Virus record (IMG/VR): IMGVR_UViG_3300023048_000001 | Coordinates: 1-64,000 of that record | Length of the DNA: 64,000 bases | From: a virus | Taxonomy: Duplodnaviria > Caudoviricetes | Direction: 5' to 3' (one strand) | Part shown: positions 48,085 through 60,000 of the stretch, one piece after another | Numbering within the stretch: the stretch's first letter is position 1 | Layout of the letters: each line of letters starts with the position of its first letter | Made by a program: the position numbers and the translations under genes | Notes under the pieces: model-generated | Databases searched by the model: none | Told to the model about the DNA's origin: nothing | What the model saw: only the letters and a program-made list of their open reading frames with translations

Positions 48085-51000
48085 TTATGAGTAAGTATAG
48101 CCAATGGTGGTAGCATTTTCTCTTATTGTGACCGCATGTACTCTAACTGGTGGACCAACACTCAAGGTAGCATAGGTGAACTTTGCCGATGCAGGATAAC
48201 TAATAGTATTACCGCTACAATATTGTACTATTACTGAACTTCCAGTATTAGATATAAGATAAGTAAATGTATCAGTAGGTTGCGGTTTAACTAATAATAA
48301 ACCTGCCGGAGCCGATCCGGTTGCTAGACTGAGAGGTAAACTATTGGTTGCAACTGTTGCAGCACCCACTGTTGCAGCAACAGGATTATATGCTGATATG
48401 TATACATTGGTTGAACCGGCAACTCCAACCGAAACATATGAACTGGCGGTACTTGTTGATATACTTTGTGCTAAAACAATGCCGACTGGTACTGCACTTA
48501 GCACAGTTTGGGTAGATGTAGTAGCTAGAGTAAAAGTATCATCATTATTTATTTTATATACATTAATGTATGGAGCGACAGCTAACCCAAAAGCAACATA
48601 CTCTGCAAGACCGTCAACAGTTATAGTAGTATCAACGCAATACCAATTTCCTGTAAATGTGGTTAATATAGAAAATGACTCTGCTGATGAATTGAATTTG
48701 ATAGTTTTTCCACCAGCACCATTAGTATTGGCAAAAATATAATTACCACCCTTGGAAAATTTAAGTGCATTATATGTATATCCCATTGCTAATGTGCTCA
48801 AACGAGTAAATGTCCCATTGAAATTATTTTTGTAAACATATACGTTTGTTAACGCAGAAAGCGCAATGTACTTATTATCTGATGAGATATCTATCGCAGT
48901 AACAGCAGCAGCAATATCAGGAAATGGATTTGTCAATGGACTATAAGCACCATTATTTAATGTGAATGCTTGTGCGTTACCTACTGCGGAAGCATATCCA
49001 ACGAGCAATAAACTTGCATCAGAGCTTAAAACACAAACTTTTGCTGCATCACTAGCATAGCCTATTACTGGTATGTTAGTGCCATCATTAAACTTAGTTA
49101 ACTTCTGGACAGTGATGGGTGCTAAAGTAGAGTTTGCTGCTATAGCTACATAGGTATTAATGATATCATTATGTTGATCAACAACCGTATAATCAGTAGT
49201 TAATATTTTCTTTGCTGAAACAGTGAGCCCGTCTCGTAAAGCTAAACCGCCTCCCGATAATGGTGATGATATTTTAGCTAATCCACTAACTTTACTAGCA
49301 TAAGCATTACTAGTTAATGTACTATCAATATTGATAATATCACTAGCTCCCATTACATTTGAGCTTGTATATGATGTAGTAGTTGGTGGATTACCAGAAA
49401 GTACACTGTAATTATTTGATCCCGTAGAATTCCACTGTACGGTGTTATCTGAAGTTAGCGGTTCACTTACTACAGAACAAGCCCCTAGGCGGTTATAATT
49501 TTCTAATCCGCTACCATCAATAATATACATATCACTGACCTTCATAGGTAAGGTAACTTGTGATGATGTATTCACATCTCTCTTAAAGCATATACTAATA
49601 GGACCAGATAGAAATGATTTAAATTCACTAATATCAAAATTATTATATGTACCTACACCAGCATATATGGTCAAACTTTTTGAGCCTATATACAACAAGG
49701 CATTGGTAAGTCCTGTGTCGCTGGTAGAATTTATAATTAACTCAATATATACATTACTAAAGACACCATTAGAATATCCTACTGCATCGGCTGAAAGCTC
49801 TCTAATTCCATTAATGAAGCTACCACCAGTAGTAGATGAGAAATAGGTGCAACTTATAGAATTATCTTCTAAAGTTATAGAAAATCTAGATGGTCCATTA
49901 GCATAATTATAGTTATCGGATAGAGTGTTACCATTATAATTACCCGGAGCAATGACAGCAATGACATTGATTTGATTATCATATCTAACAATATTTGTGT
50001 TTGATGATAGTACTACGTAATTGTTATCAGAACTATAAGCAATTTGATTATAGTTATCTATTGGGTATGAATTAGGGTAGGATGTTATACTACCATTTGA
50101 TATTTTGTAAACTTTGGGTTGATAGCTACCAGTAAATAATACGGTGTATTTGTTTTTATTTGGATTATATAATATAGATTTAACTGGTGCAGTTAAAGCT
50201 TCAGGTAAAGCTACTGAAGGCATACCTGAAGCAATTGTGTATATTTGCATGTAAGGTGCAGAAGATGATCCTACTAACATGTATTTGTTGTCTGTGTTCT
50301 GGTTTGTATCAATACTAGTAACGTTAGTTAATCCAGATAGGGAGTATACTGGTTGATATGTTGGTATTGAAGTTGAAAAAAGAAAAGCAGATACTGATGT
50401 TTGGGTAGCCACATATATATAACCAGAATTTACATCTACTGAAACTGCTCTAGCACCTGCTGGCGGTAACGTGGCTGGATTAGCTGTTTTAGTCCAAGTA
50501 TCAGATCCTACTGTTTTAAGATAGAAGTTTACATAAGGTGTCGATCCGCCAACAATAATAAATGAATTATTATATGTGAACACACAATCAGTTACAGTTC
50601 CTGTTATACCATAACTGGTTATATTAGTATATGTATTTGCTCCAATATCTCTTTTATATATGTAAACATTGGAAGTTGCACCGGTTAATAGCATTAAAAA
50701 GTACATACCATCTGGTGAAAATCTAATCTTAGTCATAGTCAGTGTAGTTTGTACTTGAGAGAATATGCTCGTCCAATATGTATAACCATCTGCGCCCATT
50801 GTATTTCTGGTATAGAGCATAATTCTATTTGTATTAGATGAATCCCTAAAGGAAACTAATAAATGTGATCCATCAGAATTATAGGCGGCAGTGACATTTG
50901 TTAGGCCTGTAGGTAAGCTAGCTAGTGCAGATGACTCTACGGTCTGTGATCCACTATATGCATATTCACTTAAGCTGAAACCTATACCAACACGACCAAG

Positions 51001-51246
51001 GCCACTCGCAAATGTAGGTAAATTTGTATTATTAAGTGTAATACCAGTTTTGGATGCATAATAGCTACCATGAGTGGAACTAGCGGTTGTTACTGATAAG
51101 TCTAGACCATTATTAGAGTACCCATTTTTTGGATATGCATTAGTTAAATTGGCAGCACCTTCAGCGGTAAAAACACCCCATTTTGTAGATGGTATGGTTG
51201 CTGTTGTGTTATCAAATTTAAAATTATCAAAATATACGATGGACAT
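48085..51246 (-). CDS. Double beta-propeller (WD40/YVTN-like) virion protein, probable receptor-binding
   Basis: Repeats FSPDG.Y, ISSDNKY, FSKGGNY, PY.N.Y; late promoter at 51266-51273; no PTS stalk. Confidence 0.65.
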   Translation of the reverse strand: MSIVYFDNFKFDNTTATIPSTKWGVFTAEGAANLTNAYPKNGYSNNGLDLSVTTASSTHGSYYASKTGITLNNTNLPTFASGLGRVGIGFSLSEYAYSGSQTVESSALASLPTGLTNVTAAYNSDGSHLLVSFRDSSNTNRIMLYTRNTMGADGYTYWTSIFSQVQTTLTMTKIRFSPDGMYFLMLLTGATSNVYIYKRDIGANTYTNITSYGITGTVTDCVFTYNNSFIIVGGSTPYVNFYLKTVGSDTWTKTANPATLPPAGARAVSVDVNSGYIYVATQTSVSAFLFSTSIPTYQPVYSLSGLTNVTSIDTNQNTDNKYMLVGSSSAPYMQIYTIASGMPSVALPEALTAPVKSILYNPNKNKYTVLFTGSYQPKVYKISNGSITSYPNSYPIDNYNQIAYSSDNNYVVLSSNTNIVRYDNQINVIAVIAPGNYNGNTLSDNYNYANGPSRFSITLEDNSISCTYFSSTTGGSFINGIRELSADAVGYSNGVFSNVYIELIINSTSDTGLTNALLYIGSKSLTIYAGVGTYNNFDISEFKSFLSGPISICFKRDVNTSSQVTLPMKVSDMYIIDGSGLENYNRLGACSVVSEPLTSDNTVQWNSTGSNNYSVLSGNPPTTTSYTSSNVMGASDIINIDSTLTSNAYASKVSGLAKISSPLSGGGLALRDGLTVSAKKILTTDYTVVDQHNDIINTYVAIAANSTLAPITVQKLTKFNDGTNIPVIGYASDAAKVCVLSSDASLLLVGYASAVGNAQAFTLNNGAYSPLTNPFPDIAAAVTAIDISSDNKYIALSALTNVYVYKNNFNGTFTRLSTLAMGYTYNALKFSKGGNYIFANTNGAGGKTIKFNSSAESFSILTTFTGNWYCVDTTITVDGLAEYVAFGLAVAPYINVYKINNDDTFTLATTSTQTVLSAVPVGIVLAQSISTSTASSYVSVGVAGSTNVYISAYNPVAATVGAATVATNSLPLSLATGSAPAGLLLVKPQPTDTFTYLISNTGSSVIVQYCSGNTISYPASAKFTYATLSVGPPVRVHAVTIRENATTIGYTYS

Positions 51247-51271
51247 TATAATACTCGTTGTTGTTTATTTA

Positions 51272-54200
51272 TCATGTTTTTGGAATCAAAACTAGTCGCT
51301 TTATAGACATAATATCAATTTCTGGATTAGGCGCTGGTGCCAATACCATTCTTCTTAATGAATTAATTTGAATGATAGGTGCAGCCGGGGATAGTGAAAC
51401 TGAAGGTGTTGGTGTAGGTGACACAGTTCTAGTCATTGTAACTGTAGGCGTAGGCGAAGCCGTTATGCTACTAGTAAGTGTAGGTGTCGGTGTAAATGTT
51501 CTAGTTACAGACGGTGTTGGAGATGCTGATATAGAAACTGTTGCTGTAGCTGATGGTGTTGGTGACACTGCCGCAGACCTAGTTACAGAAGGTGTAGCCG
51601 TCAATGTTGGAGTCATCGTTAATGATGCTGTCACTGACGGAGTAACAGATGCAGTTATTGATGGTGTGACTGTTGCGGTCAATGAAGCCGTAACTGATGG
51701 GGTTACTGAAATAGTAGCAGTCATCGTAGGTGTAGCAGTAGGTGTAGGTGTAGGTGTTGAACTCACCACCGGTGGAGTAATCAAGGTATAAATCTTGATA
51801 TTGTCTACAGCACTGGTATTTGTAGATGTATCACCACTGAAACCAAAGTACATATTAGAATCAGCTACAGGATAGTAGTAAACCTTGCAATCATTATCTA
51901 CATATACGCTGATATAACGAATATCATTAAAGTAATCAAAACGAATTTCACCGTTATACCACTGACCAGCATTCAATGTACCAAACTCAGATGTAGCAGC
52001 AGGGTCATTATGATCAGTCCACGATGTAGCTGATGAGATACCAGAGCTTTCACCAGCAATGTTAGTCAACTTCAAATAGCTACCACTACCTGTTGCATCA
52101 TTACCAAAGAAGAAATCAAATGATGAGTTTGTACCCAAGTTGAAGTCAAAGTTGATTCTGTTGAAATACTTACCGACTGGAATACTATTGTAGGAGTAAT
52201 CATCACTACCATACACAAATGCAGGCTGTGGATTACCGATGCTATTATCTACAATACCACCAGCATTGGTGAATGCACTCAAACTAGTACCGTCATAGTA
52301 CTGAATCATTGTACCCTTATCGACATAGTAAGCATTCTGGATCAATCTGTTGTAGTTTGAACCTGCACCATTATTGTAGAACCAGCTAATTTCTGCCGCA
52401 CTGAATGACTTGAAGCAAATGAAAGCCGAATCAATACCACCAGCCCAACCGCTTGTGTGGAATCCATCGTTACCGATGATGAAGCTCTGAGTTACACCGT
52501 AGTAAGTTGAACTGTATGTCAATTGCTGGGTAGCACCATTATTAACGGTAATCTTTAATAGATGGAATGATGAATCGTAGGTGCCAACAACTGAGAACCA
52601 TGCATCTTTGATGCCGATTACATTAGAATAGACTGTAGATACATTGTCACCATTGTCAGAGATGGTTAGGAACACCTTATCCTGTGCTTTATCATAACCA
52701 AGTTTAATCTGCTTCTTGGTATCATCCCAACGAGACATGATTGACATTTCATTATACGTAATCTGTGCCAACAATGCAGAATCGATCTTAACGAAAGCGC
52801 CCAACGTAAAGTCAGTAGTTCCGTAGTTGACAACGTTTTCTGAGAAGGTGCTTTCTAATCTGCTATCAAAATTGGTGACAGGATTAAAGAATGCAGCATT
52901 ACCTTGCAAACCAGTTCCAGTAGTTACATTATATGGAGTCATCAAGACACCATCTTTAGCATCCATACGGGATGCTGTTGCAGGCTCTTCCATATCCCAC
53001 CAGTTATGCAACGAGTTTAGAATAGACTGTGCATTCTGGTCGTAGATGGTTGAAGGTGTGACAGAAATTGTAGGTGTTGGTGATGGAGTTCTTGTTAAAG
53101 TAGGCGTAATCGTTCTTGTAGCTGTCAACGTAGGCGTAATGGTACGGGTAGCGGTCAACGTTGGGGTAATTGTTCTGGTCAATGTCGGAGTCATTGTCAA
53201 TGATGCAGTAATTGATGGAGTCACTGAAATCGTTGGAGATACCGTTAATGATGCAGTTATTGACGGAGTTACTGAAATTGTAGGCGTAATTGATGGTGTC
53301 ACCGAAATTGTTGCGGTAACCGATGGTGTCAATGAAATTGTAGGTGTAATAGAATGTGATGCTGTTACTGATGGTGTGACTGTAATTGTAGGTGTTACTG
53401 TACGCGTAGCAGTAATCGTATGCGTTGGTGTCATCGTTACAGATGGTGTCATCGAAATAGTTGCAGTAACCGATGGTGTCAATGAGTGTGTTGGTGTTAC
53501 TGATGGCGTAATCGAAATTGTAGGTGTAATTGATGGAGTTACAGAAATTGTAGGAGTAATTGAACGCGTGGTTGTTATTGATGGTGTTAGTGAAATGGTT
53601 GGAGACACCGTATGTGTCGGTGTTCTTGATGGTGTAGTTGTAAGCGTTGGCGTAGGTGTTGGCGTCACAATGAAGCCAGCGTTGTAATGTGAGTTAATGT
53701 ATGTCGTGGTTAATGCATAATTATAGATAGCAAGTTCATCTATGCTACCAATGAATCTCTTATTTGGTAGATATGCAGATGAGAAGAGTTCTAGGTCAGT
53801 ATCACCAACATCCAAGATACCATTTCCCGGAATAGATGTAGTAGCAACAACATTCTTATTGATATACATTGTCAAACTTCTACCACTTCTTACTATCTGA
53901 TAGAGTCTTGAAACATCATCATTGATAGCAAAATTAGTGTTAAGAATAGTAGGCTGACCATTTACATATACTGTAAACACACCAAAGCCACTAGAATCTA
54001 GACCAAAGCTGTAGTTATAAAATCCTAACACTGGATCAGAAAACTTACCAAAAGCTGTTGGTTGGTCGTCAAGCTGTGATGCGCTGGCCTTCAGTGCAAA
54101 CTCAAAGGTAAAATCACCACCTGAGAAAGACAGATCGGAAACGTTATTAGAGATAGTGACTAAACCATTACCAGCATTTGCTGCTGACTTATCACCATAA

Positions 54201-55909
54201 TTTTGAAGCAAGCTTGACTGATTTAGAGTCAATAGTCCGTTAGTTACGCCATTATGGCTTCCCTTTGCATCAAGTAGAGACAGACCATTAGGTTCATCAA
54301 ATCGATAATAAGCAACAGGGACAGCCTGAAGAATCAATTGTCTGTAAGAGTCAACTGACGGAGTTAATGAAGGCGTTGGTGTTGGAGTTAAAGCCGTAGC
54401 ACTGCTATTCAACCAAAAAATATAATGGTTCTGAATCTGGAAGTCAGTCATCGCATAGCGATACATGCTGAAGTCATCCATAATTCCTGAATAGTTTTGT
54501 GTAGCATCATTGACGATACCACCAACATACAAGAAGTTATTTGTTGTTAGGTTGTTACCTAGAACTGGAACGGAAGCTAATTGTAAACCATTTGAGTAAA
54601 TCTTTAATGTGTTAGACTGGCGAATGATAGTAATCATTCTGTCAACATTGTCACCTAAGCTTAAACCTGAATTTAGAGTGTAACTACCTTGATCAGTTAC
54701 TAATTTGAACACTAATTGATTGGAAAAAGTCACCAATTCGAAAACATAAGTTCCACTGCTTAGTGGTAACTGGAATAGCGTAGCATTATGTGGTTGAGAA
54801 GCACCATTGATTGACAACTCAAAAGAGAAGTCACCTAGAATATTTTTATATCTGTTGTCGCTGTTAGCCACAACGTAAGATGCTTGAGTGCTACCAAATA
54901 GTGCAGAGAAGCCAGAACCATCAACAATAGGTGGTTGACCGATAGTAACGTTATGGTAAGTACCATTGATGTTATTACCACTATAATCTAGAACAGCGGT
55001 TCCAGTCATTTCATCAAATTTGTAATAAACGAGAGGCTTATCTGCGATCACGTTTCTTGCATACCCTGAAAGCGGAATTCTTACAGGTGTTCTAGATGGT
55101 GTTAACGATGGTGTAATCGTTGGTGTTAACGATGGTGATAATGTTGGGGTTGGTGTTAGTGAGATATTGGTGTTGATTTCTTTCAACAACGTATCTGACA
55201 AACGATAATCAAAGTTCTTGATTGGTGAGTGGTCATAATTTGAGTCTGTATAGAACTCAAGTGTTAAGGTGACATGGGATGCATCTGGTATGAAAACAAC
55301 AGATTCGAATCTACCACTATCACCAAATAGTCCTAGGACAATGGTGTCACCATGATTAATGTAAGAGTTTGATACTTCGAATAGGTCACCACGATTGGCT
55401 TTAAGGCTCAATCTGTAATAACGCATGGTTCCTTGTTCATAGTCAAAATTAAAATTATAATAGGTCTGCTGATCAACCGTAAAATTCTTCGTGAAAGACA
55501 CTGGAAGATTATCTGTTGATGCAGTGCTATTGAATTCGATTGAACGCCCTTGATCTACAGAGTCAATAGTACCATTGACTGTTGACCAGCCAGTAGTATT
55601 AGATGAAAGAAAAAGGTTTGGCTGAACTTCAAAGCTTGGTGTCATCGTCATAGACGGAGTAACTGAAGGCTCAGGAGTAGAGGTTACACTAACCGTAGGA
55701 GATAGCGTGGGTGTAGGCGTTGGAGTAATTAATGAAAATGCATTAGGGTATGCATTCTGCGCTGCAACTGTTTGTGTTGTACCATTGGATAACTTAACCA
55801 AATACGAAATCGTGCCGCTGCTATCAATTACTTGAGTGCAAACACCATATTCAACGGTATTAGAAGTTGACACAAAGTATATGATATCGTTGACATTAAA
55901 ATAATTCAT
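51272..55909 (-). CDS. Mucin-like virion fibre protein with three LamG domains and a further lectin-like domain (1545 aa)
   Basis: PLVYYKFDE, PVAYYRFDE, LHNWWDMEE LamG starts separated by PTS linkers; late promoter at 55932-55939. Confidence 0.8.
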   Translation of the reverse strand: MNYFNVNDIIYFVSTSNTVEYGVCTQVIDSSGTISYLVKLSNGTTQTVAAQNAYPNAFSLITPTPTPTLSPTVSVTSTPEPSVTPSMTMTPSFEVQPNLFLSSNTTGWSTVNGTIDSVDQGRSIEFNSTASTDNLPVSFTKNFTVDQQTYYNFNFDYEQGTMRYYRLSLKANRGDLFEVSNSYINHGDTIVLGLFGDSGRFESVVFIPDASHVTLTLEFYTDSNYDHSPIKNFDYRLSDTLLKEINTNISLTPTPTLSPSLTPTITPSLTPSRTPVRIPLSGYARNVIADKPLVYYKFDEMTGTAVLDYSGNNINGTYHNVTIGQPPIVDGSGFSALFGSTQASYVVANSDNRYKNILGDFSFELSINGASQPHNATLFQLPLSSGTYVFELVTFSNQLVFKLVTDQGSYTLNSGLSLGDNVDRMITIIRQSNTLKIYSNGLQLASVPVLGNNLTTNNFLYVGGIVNDATQNYSGIMDDFSMYRYAMTDFQIQNHYIFWLNSSATALTPTPTPSLTPSVDSYRQLILQAVPVAYYRFDEPNGLSLLDAKGSHNGVTNGLLTLNQSSLLQNYGDKSAANAGNGLVTISNNVSDLSFSGGDFTFEFALKASASQLDDQPTAFGKFSDPVLGFYNYSFGLDSSGFGVFTVYVNGQPTILNTNFAINDDVSRLYQIVRSGRSLTMYINKNVVATTSIPGNGILDVGDTDLELFSSAYLPNKRFIGSIDELAIYNYALTTTYINSHYNAGFIVTPTPTPTLTTTPSRTPTHTVSPTISLTPSITTTRSITPTISVTPSITPTISITPSVTPTHSLTPSVTATISMTPSVTMTPTHTITATRTVTPTITVTPSVTASHSITPTISLTPSVTATISVTPSITPTISVTPSITASLTVSPTISVTPSITASLTMTPTLTRTITPTLTATRTITPTLTATRTITPTLTRTPSPTPTISVTPSTIYDQNAQSILNSLHNWWDMEEPATASRMDAKDGVLMTPYNVTTGTGLQGNAAFFNPVTNFDSRLESTFSENVVNYGTTDFTLGAFVKIDSALLAQITYNEMSIMSRWDDTKKQIKLGYDKAQDKVFLTISDNGDNVSTVYSNVIGIKDAWFSVVGTYDSSFHLLKITVNNGATQQLTYSSTYYGVTQSFIIGNDGFHTSGWAGGIDSAFICFKSFSAAEISWFYNNGAGSNYNRLIQNAYYVDKGTMIQYYDGTSLSAFTNAGGIVDNSIGNPQPAFVYGSDDYSYNSIPVGKYFNRINFDFNLGTNSSFDFFFGNDATGSGSYLKLTNIAGESSGISSATSWTDHNDPAATSEFGTLNAGQWYNGEIRFDYFNDIRYISVYVDNDCKVYYYPVADSNMYFGFSGDTSTNTSAVDNIKIYTLITPPVVSSTPTPTPTATPTMTATISVTPSVTASLTATVTPSITASVTPSVTASLTMTPTLTATPSVTRSAAVSPTPSATATVSISASPTPSVTRTFTPTPTLTSSITASPTPTVTMTRTVSPTPTPSVSLSPAAPIIQINSLRRMVLAPAPNPEIDIMSIKRLVLIPKT

Positions 55910-55996
55910 TGTTCTTCATTTTCTTTAAAGCTATTTATGTTTTTATATTACGAATTGGAGTCCGAAATAATAAATAATTTACCAGAGAGCGTTCCC

Positions 55997-56230
55997 ATGC
56001 CTAACCAATTGATTCCTAAAAAAACTGAACACGTAATCGTTGCTTGCCTTGTAGGAATTCTTGTAGGAATTCTGGCAGGCTTGACAATTAAATATCCTTT
56101 TGAAGTTGAAAAGCTTCAAAAATATCAGACATTTTGTGGTCAGGCTAAAATAAAAACAGTAAAAGTAGGGTTTTCAGGTGATATCTATGCGATCACCTGT
56201 GATAATGGTGCCGAGGTTAGAGTTCGTTAA
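55997..56230 (+). CDS. Small single-TM late protein
   Basis: Start revised to ATG 55997, 20 nt after AATAAATA (55969-76); TM segment VIVACLVGILVGILAGL plus two Cys. Confidence 0.55.
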   Translation: MPNQLIPKKTEHVIVACLVGILVGILAGLTIKYPFEVEKLQKYQTFCGQAKIKTVKVGFSGDIYAITCDNGAEVRVR

Positions 56231-57009
56231 TCAGCTACAGGGATTGCTGTCATAAACGCGGTGATCGGAGCAGCATATGGTAGAGATACCGTAATCTGAT
56301 TTACATCATTAAATGTTACTACTGCATCAGTAATTAGGGTATTCGTGCTGGTATTGATCAAGGTAAATGCACAATATTGCACACCTAGAGTATGAATAAT
56401 CAAATGGTTCTGATTTGACTGATAATCATCATATCTCTGAACAATGGTCTGCGCCTTAAATGTGGTGGATGCGGCATTATATACCAACACCTGACCATCA
56501 GTAAGTGATGAAACATCAACGTCTCGTAAAGAGGCAAGTTTTAATTCTGAATATGAATCAAGCAATGAGTTGATGCTAGTAAATGAATATTCTGCACCGT
56601 TAAAGAAGAGAATGTTACCTTCAACAACACCGGATGACGCAACGTCATCCAAGTCTGTAAGATTACGAACCTTAGCAGATGTGATAGCAGAATCTAGCTG
56701 TGAAAAAACATCGAATAGAGAATTATTAGAGGTAAGACCTGAAACGTTATCCAGCGTGTTAAACGCTGTTGGATTAAAGGTATAGGTACTATTAATCCAG
56801 TTACTTCCCAACGTGGTAATTAGATTATTAAAATCAGATGGAATGGTGACATCGATATACTCAACACCATTATCTAGGCGTAGAACGTTTCTATCCGTGT
56901 CAAAATACATACGGCCTGTGGTGCTGGTGTCTGGAACTGTTGTTCTGTTTTCAACAACAAGATTAACAAGCTGTCCGCCAACAACCTCAATATTACCGAA
57001 ATACTTCAT
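56227..57009 (-). CDS. Short fibre protein
   Basis: LTDLDDV...GNILFFNG and LASLRDV...DGQVLVYN fibre repeats; C-terminal IHTLG module; late promoter at 57034-57041. Confidence 0.65.
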   Translation of the reverse strand: MKYFGNIEVVGGQLVNLVVENRTTVPDTSTTGRMYFDTDRNVLRLDNGVEYIDVTIPSDFNNLITTLGSNWINSTYTFNPTAFNTLDNVSGLTSNNSLFDVFSQLDSAITSAKVRNLTDLDDVASSGVVEGNILFFNGAEYSFTSINSLLDSYSELKLASLRDVDVSSLTDGQVLVYNAASTTFKAQTIVQRYDDYQSNQNHLIIHTLGVQYCAFTLINTSTNTLITDAVVTFNDVNQITVSLPYAAPITAFMTAIPVAD

Positions 57010-57042
57010 TTACTTACCCTTAGATTCTGTTTATATTTATTC

Positions 57043-60000
57043 TTAATACGTGATATCAGACTTTATCGTGAATGTGTCATCACCATTGTTGACATAAACA
57101 CGGATCGGAGCAGAAGCACCAGCCGCATAACCCGGAACGTTGAAACCAGCAATCAACATACTACTGTCCTGACTCCAAGATAATGTATCCTGTGTAATAT
57201 ATGTATTGGTTGGAGTTACAGGGTTTGTCAACAAAGTAAATGTATCATTGTTATTATTCTTCAAGATAAGAATGGTATTTGTTGATGTTGCAGATGAACC
57301 TAGGGCCAAATAGTTACCATTTGGTGAGAACATACCTGAAGCTAGCCCATTTGCTGGGATGGTAGGTGTAGATAACTTTGTAAATGTATCATCAAAATTA
57401 TTCTTATAGATGTGCAAGTATGGTGCTGAAGAATTTACAAAAGCCAAGTACTTACTGTCAGCAGACCATGTGCAACCATTTGTTAATCCTGAAGTTGGGA
57501 AGGTTGCCAATACACCAGATAAGCTGGTGAATGTTCCATCACCATTATTCTTATAGATGTTATAATATGGTGAGTTGGCGCTTGAAGTCACAGCCAAGTA
57601 GGTTCCATTTGGAGACCAACCCATACACGCAACAGTATATCCCGGCAATGATGCTGGGATTGCTAGTTTAGTAAAGGATGTACCAGTTCTACTATAGAAA
57701 TTGATGAATGGTGTTCCACCTAAACCGATAGCTAGAATATTATCAGTTGGTGAAAATGCAGATGAATATGCATTAGCAGTCAATGGTACATCAAGATTAG
57801 CTGTGATATCAGTAAAAGTGTCATCGCCATTATTTGTATAGACTAAAATTCTCGGTGTTGTAGTTGTTGAGTTAATAGTAAAGAAGTTACCAGTGAATGA
57901 TCTACTGATAGTATTCTGTGTATTTGCATAATTTGTTGGTCCAGTACCTAGACCACTGAATGATGCTCCATTATTTTTGTAGACAGTGAATTCATGTAGC
58001 GGTGCAGTTGTTCTGTTTTTGTTAGCCATTGCATAATTACTTGAACTGAAACCTACTGAGTTAACAGTCAATGCACCCGGCGTTGCCGTAGGTGTTGGAG
58101 TTTTAGATGGAGTAGGAGTTGGTGAGCTAGTTATAGATGGCGTTACCGTAATCGTAGCTGTAACTGTTGGTGTCACTGGTGCAGTTGTACTGGCTGTGAT
58201 TGTAGGAGTTGGAGTAGGTGTTACTGCTGGTGTTCCAGTTACAGAAGGTGTTGTTGATATTGTAGGTGTGATTGTCTGAGTAACTGGTGGTGTTCCGGTT
58301 ACTGAAGGCGTTGGTGAAATACTTCTGGTAATTGTTGGAGTAAATGTCACCGTTGGTGTTGTAGTTAGTGTAGGTGTTAACGAAATAGTCGTTGAAACTG
58401 TTGGTGTCACTGTTAACGCTGGTGAAAGCGAAACGGTTGCTGTGACTGTTGGTGACATCGTTACAGAAGGTGTTACTGTAATGGTAGGTGTCGTAGTTCT
58501 GGTTGGAGTTACAGACGGAGTGGTTGACACCGATGGTGTTACAGAAGCCGAAGGAGTTCCTGAGATTGTTGCGGTGACAGAAGGAGTAGCTGTCAATGCT
58601 GGTGATAATGAAACCGTTGTGGTCACTGAAGGCGTAGCTGTCAATGTTGGAGTAAATGTTAATGTTGGGGTGACCGTATGTGTAACTGGTGGAGTTCCAG
58701 TAACCGATGGTGTCACCGTAGCGGACGGTGTACCGGTTATCGATGTTGTGATCGAAGGTGTCAGTGAGATGGTTGGAGACACGGTTACCGTAGGTGTAAT
58801 AGTAACACCCGGTGTACCTGACACTGAAGGTGTTGGAGATACAGTTAATGTTGGGGTAGCCGTCACACCAGCAGTTGCAGTAATTGATGGCGTAACTGAG
58901 ATTGTCTGTGTAGGAGTAATCGTTACCGTTGGTGAAGGAGTCAACGATACTGAAGCACTCAATGTGATTGTCGGAGTGACTGATGCAGTTTGAGTAACTG
59001 AAGGTGTTGGCGTTGGAGTTACTGACGGACTCAATGAAACTGTTACACTTGGGGTTATAGTAATTGATTTAGTTACACTAGGTGTAATTGAAACTGTAGC
59101 CGATGGAGTCACAGTCAATGCTGGGGTTGCACTCACTGAAACCGTTGAGGTAACCGTAGGTGTGATGGACACAGTTCTAGTTACTGACGGTGTTATCGAT
59201 GCGGTAACTGTTGGAGTGGCTGTAACAGTATGTGTGGCCGTTGGTGTAGGTGTAAAGGTAATAGCCGGTGATCTGGTTACTGAAGGCGTAATTGATGGTG
59301 TTACTGAAATAGTAGCAGTCATCGTAGGTGTTGAAGTAACTGTCGGTGATGGTGAAATAGATGCTGTAATTGATGGAGTTACAGTTGCACTAGCAGTTTG
59401 TGTTGGTGTGACTGAAGGGGTAGCAGTCAGCGTTGGAGTAGCAGTAACACCCGGTGTGGATGAAACTGAAGGAGAAACAGTTACTGAAGCCGTAATCGTT
59501 GGAGTTACAGTCAATGTTGCAGATGCGGTGATTGATGGGGTTACTGTGGGTGACACCGATGTAGTAGCCGTAACCGAGGGTGTTGGACTATTTGATGCTG
59601 TTACCGATGGCGTAATAGACACCGTTGCACTCACTGAAGGCGTTCTTGACGCTGTAGGGGTTGGTGTAGCCAATCGTGTAGCAGTTGGTGTTTGAGACAG
59701 TGAACGCGTAACTGTAGGCGTTGGTGTAAAGGTTCTTGTCGCTGTTGGTGTATGAGATAGCGAACGGGTAGGCGTAGGAGTTGGTGTGGCACTGTGAGAT
59801 GCCGTTACAGATGGTGTTACAGTAATAGTTGGCGTTACAGTGCGAGTAGCTGTAGCAACCGGAGTTCCAGTTGCATGCGGAGTTCTTGAACTAGTAACTG
59901 TTGGGGTATTTGTTGTAGTCGGTGATGGAGTTACAGTACTTGTTTGAGTAGAGGTGACTGTAGGTGTTGGGCTACTCGATGGAGTAGGCGTATTTGAAAT

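Noticed and set aside
44318-59695. Plus-strand VGVT-rich ORFs (44318..45190, 45701..46480, 53046..53687, 58442..58993, 59162..59695 and others)
   Set aside because: The same antisense artefact over the minus-strand mucin genes.
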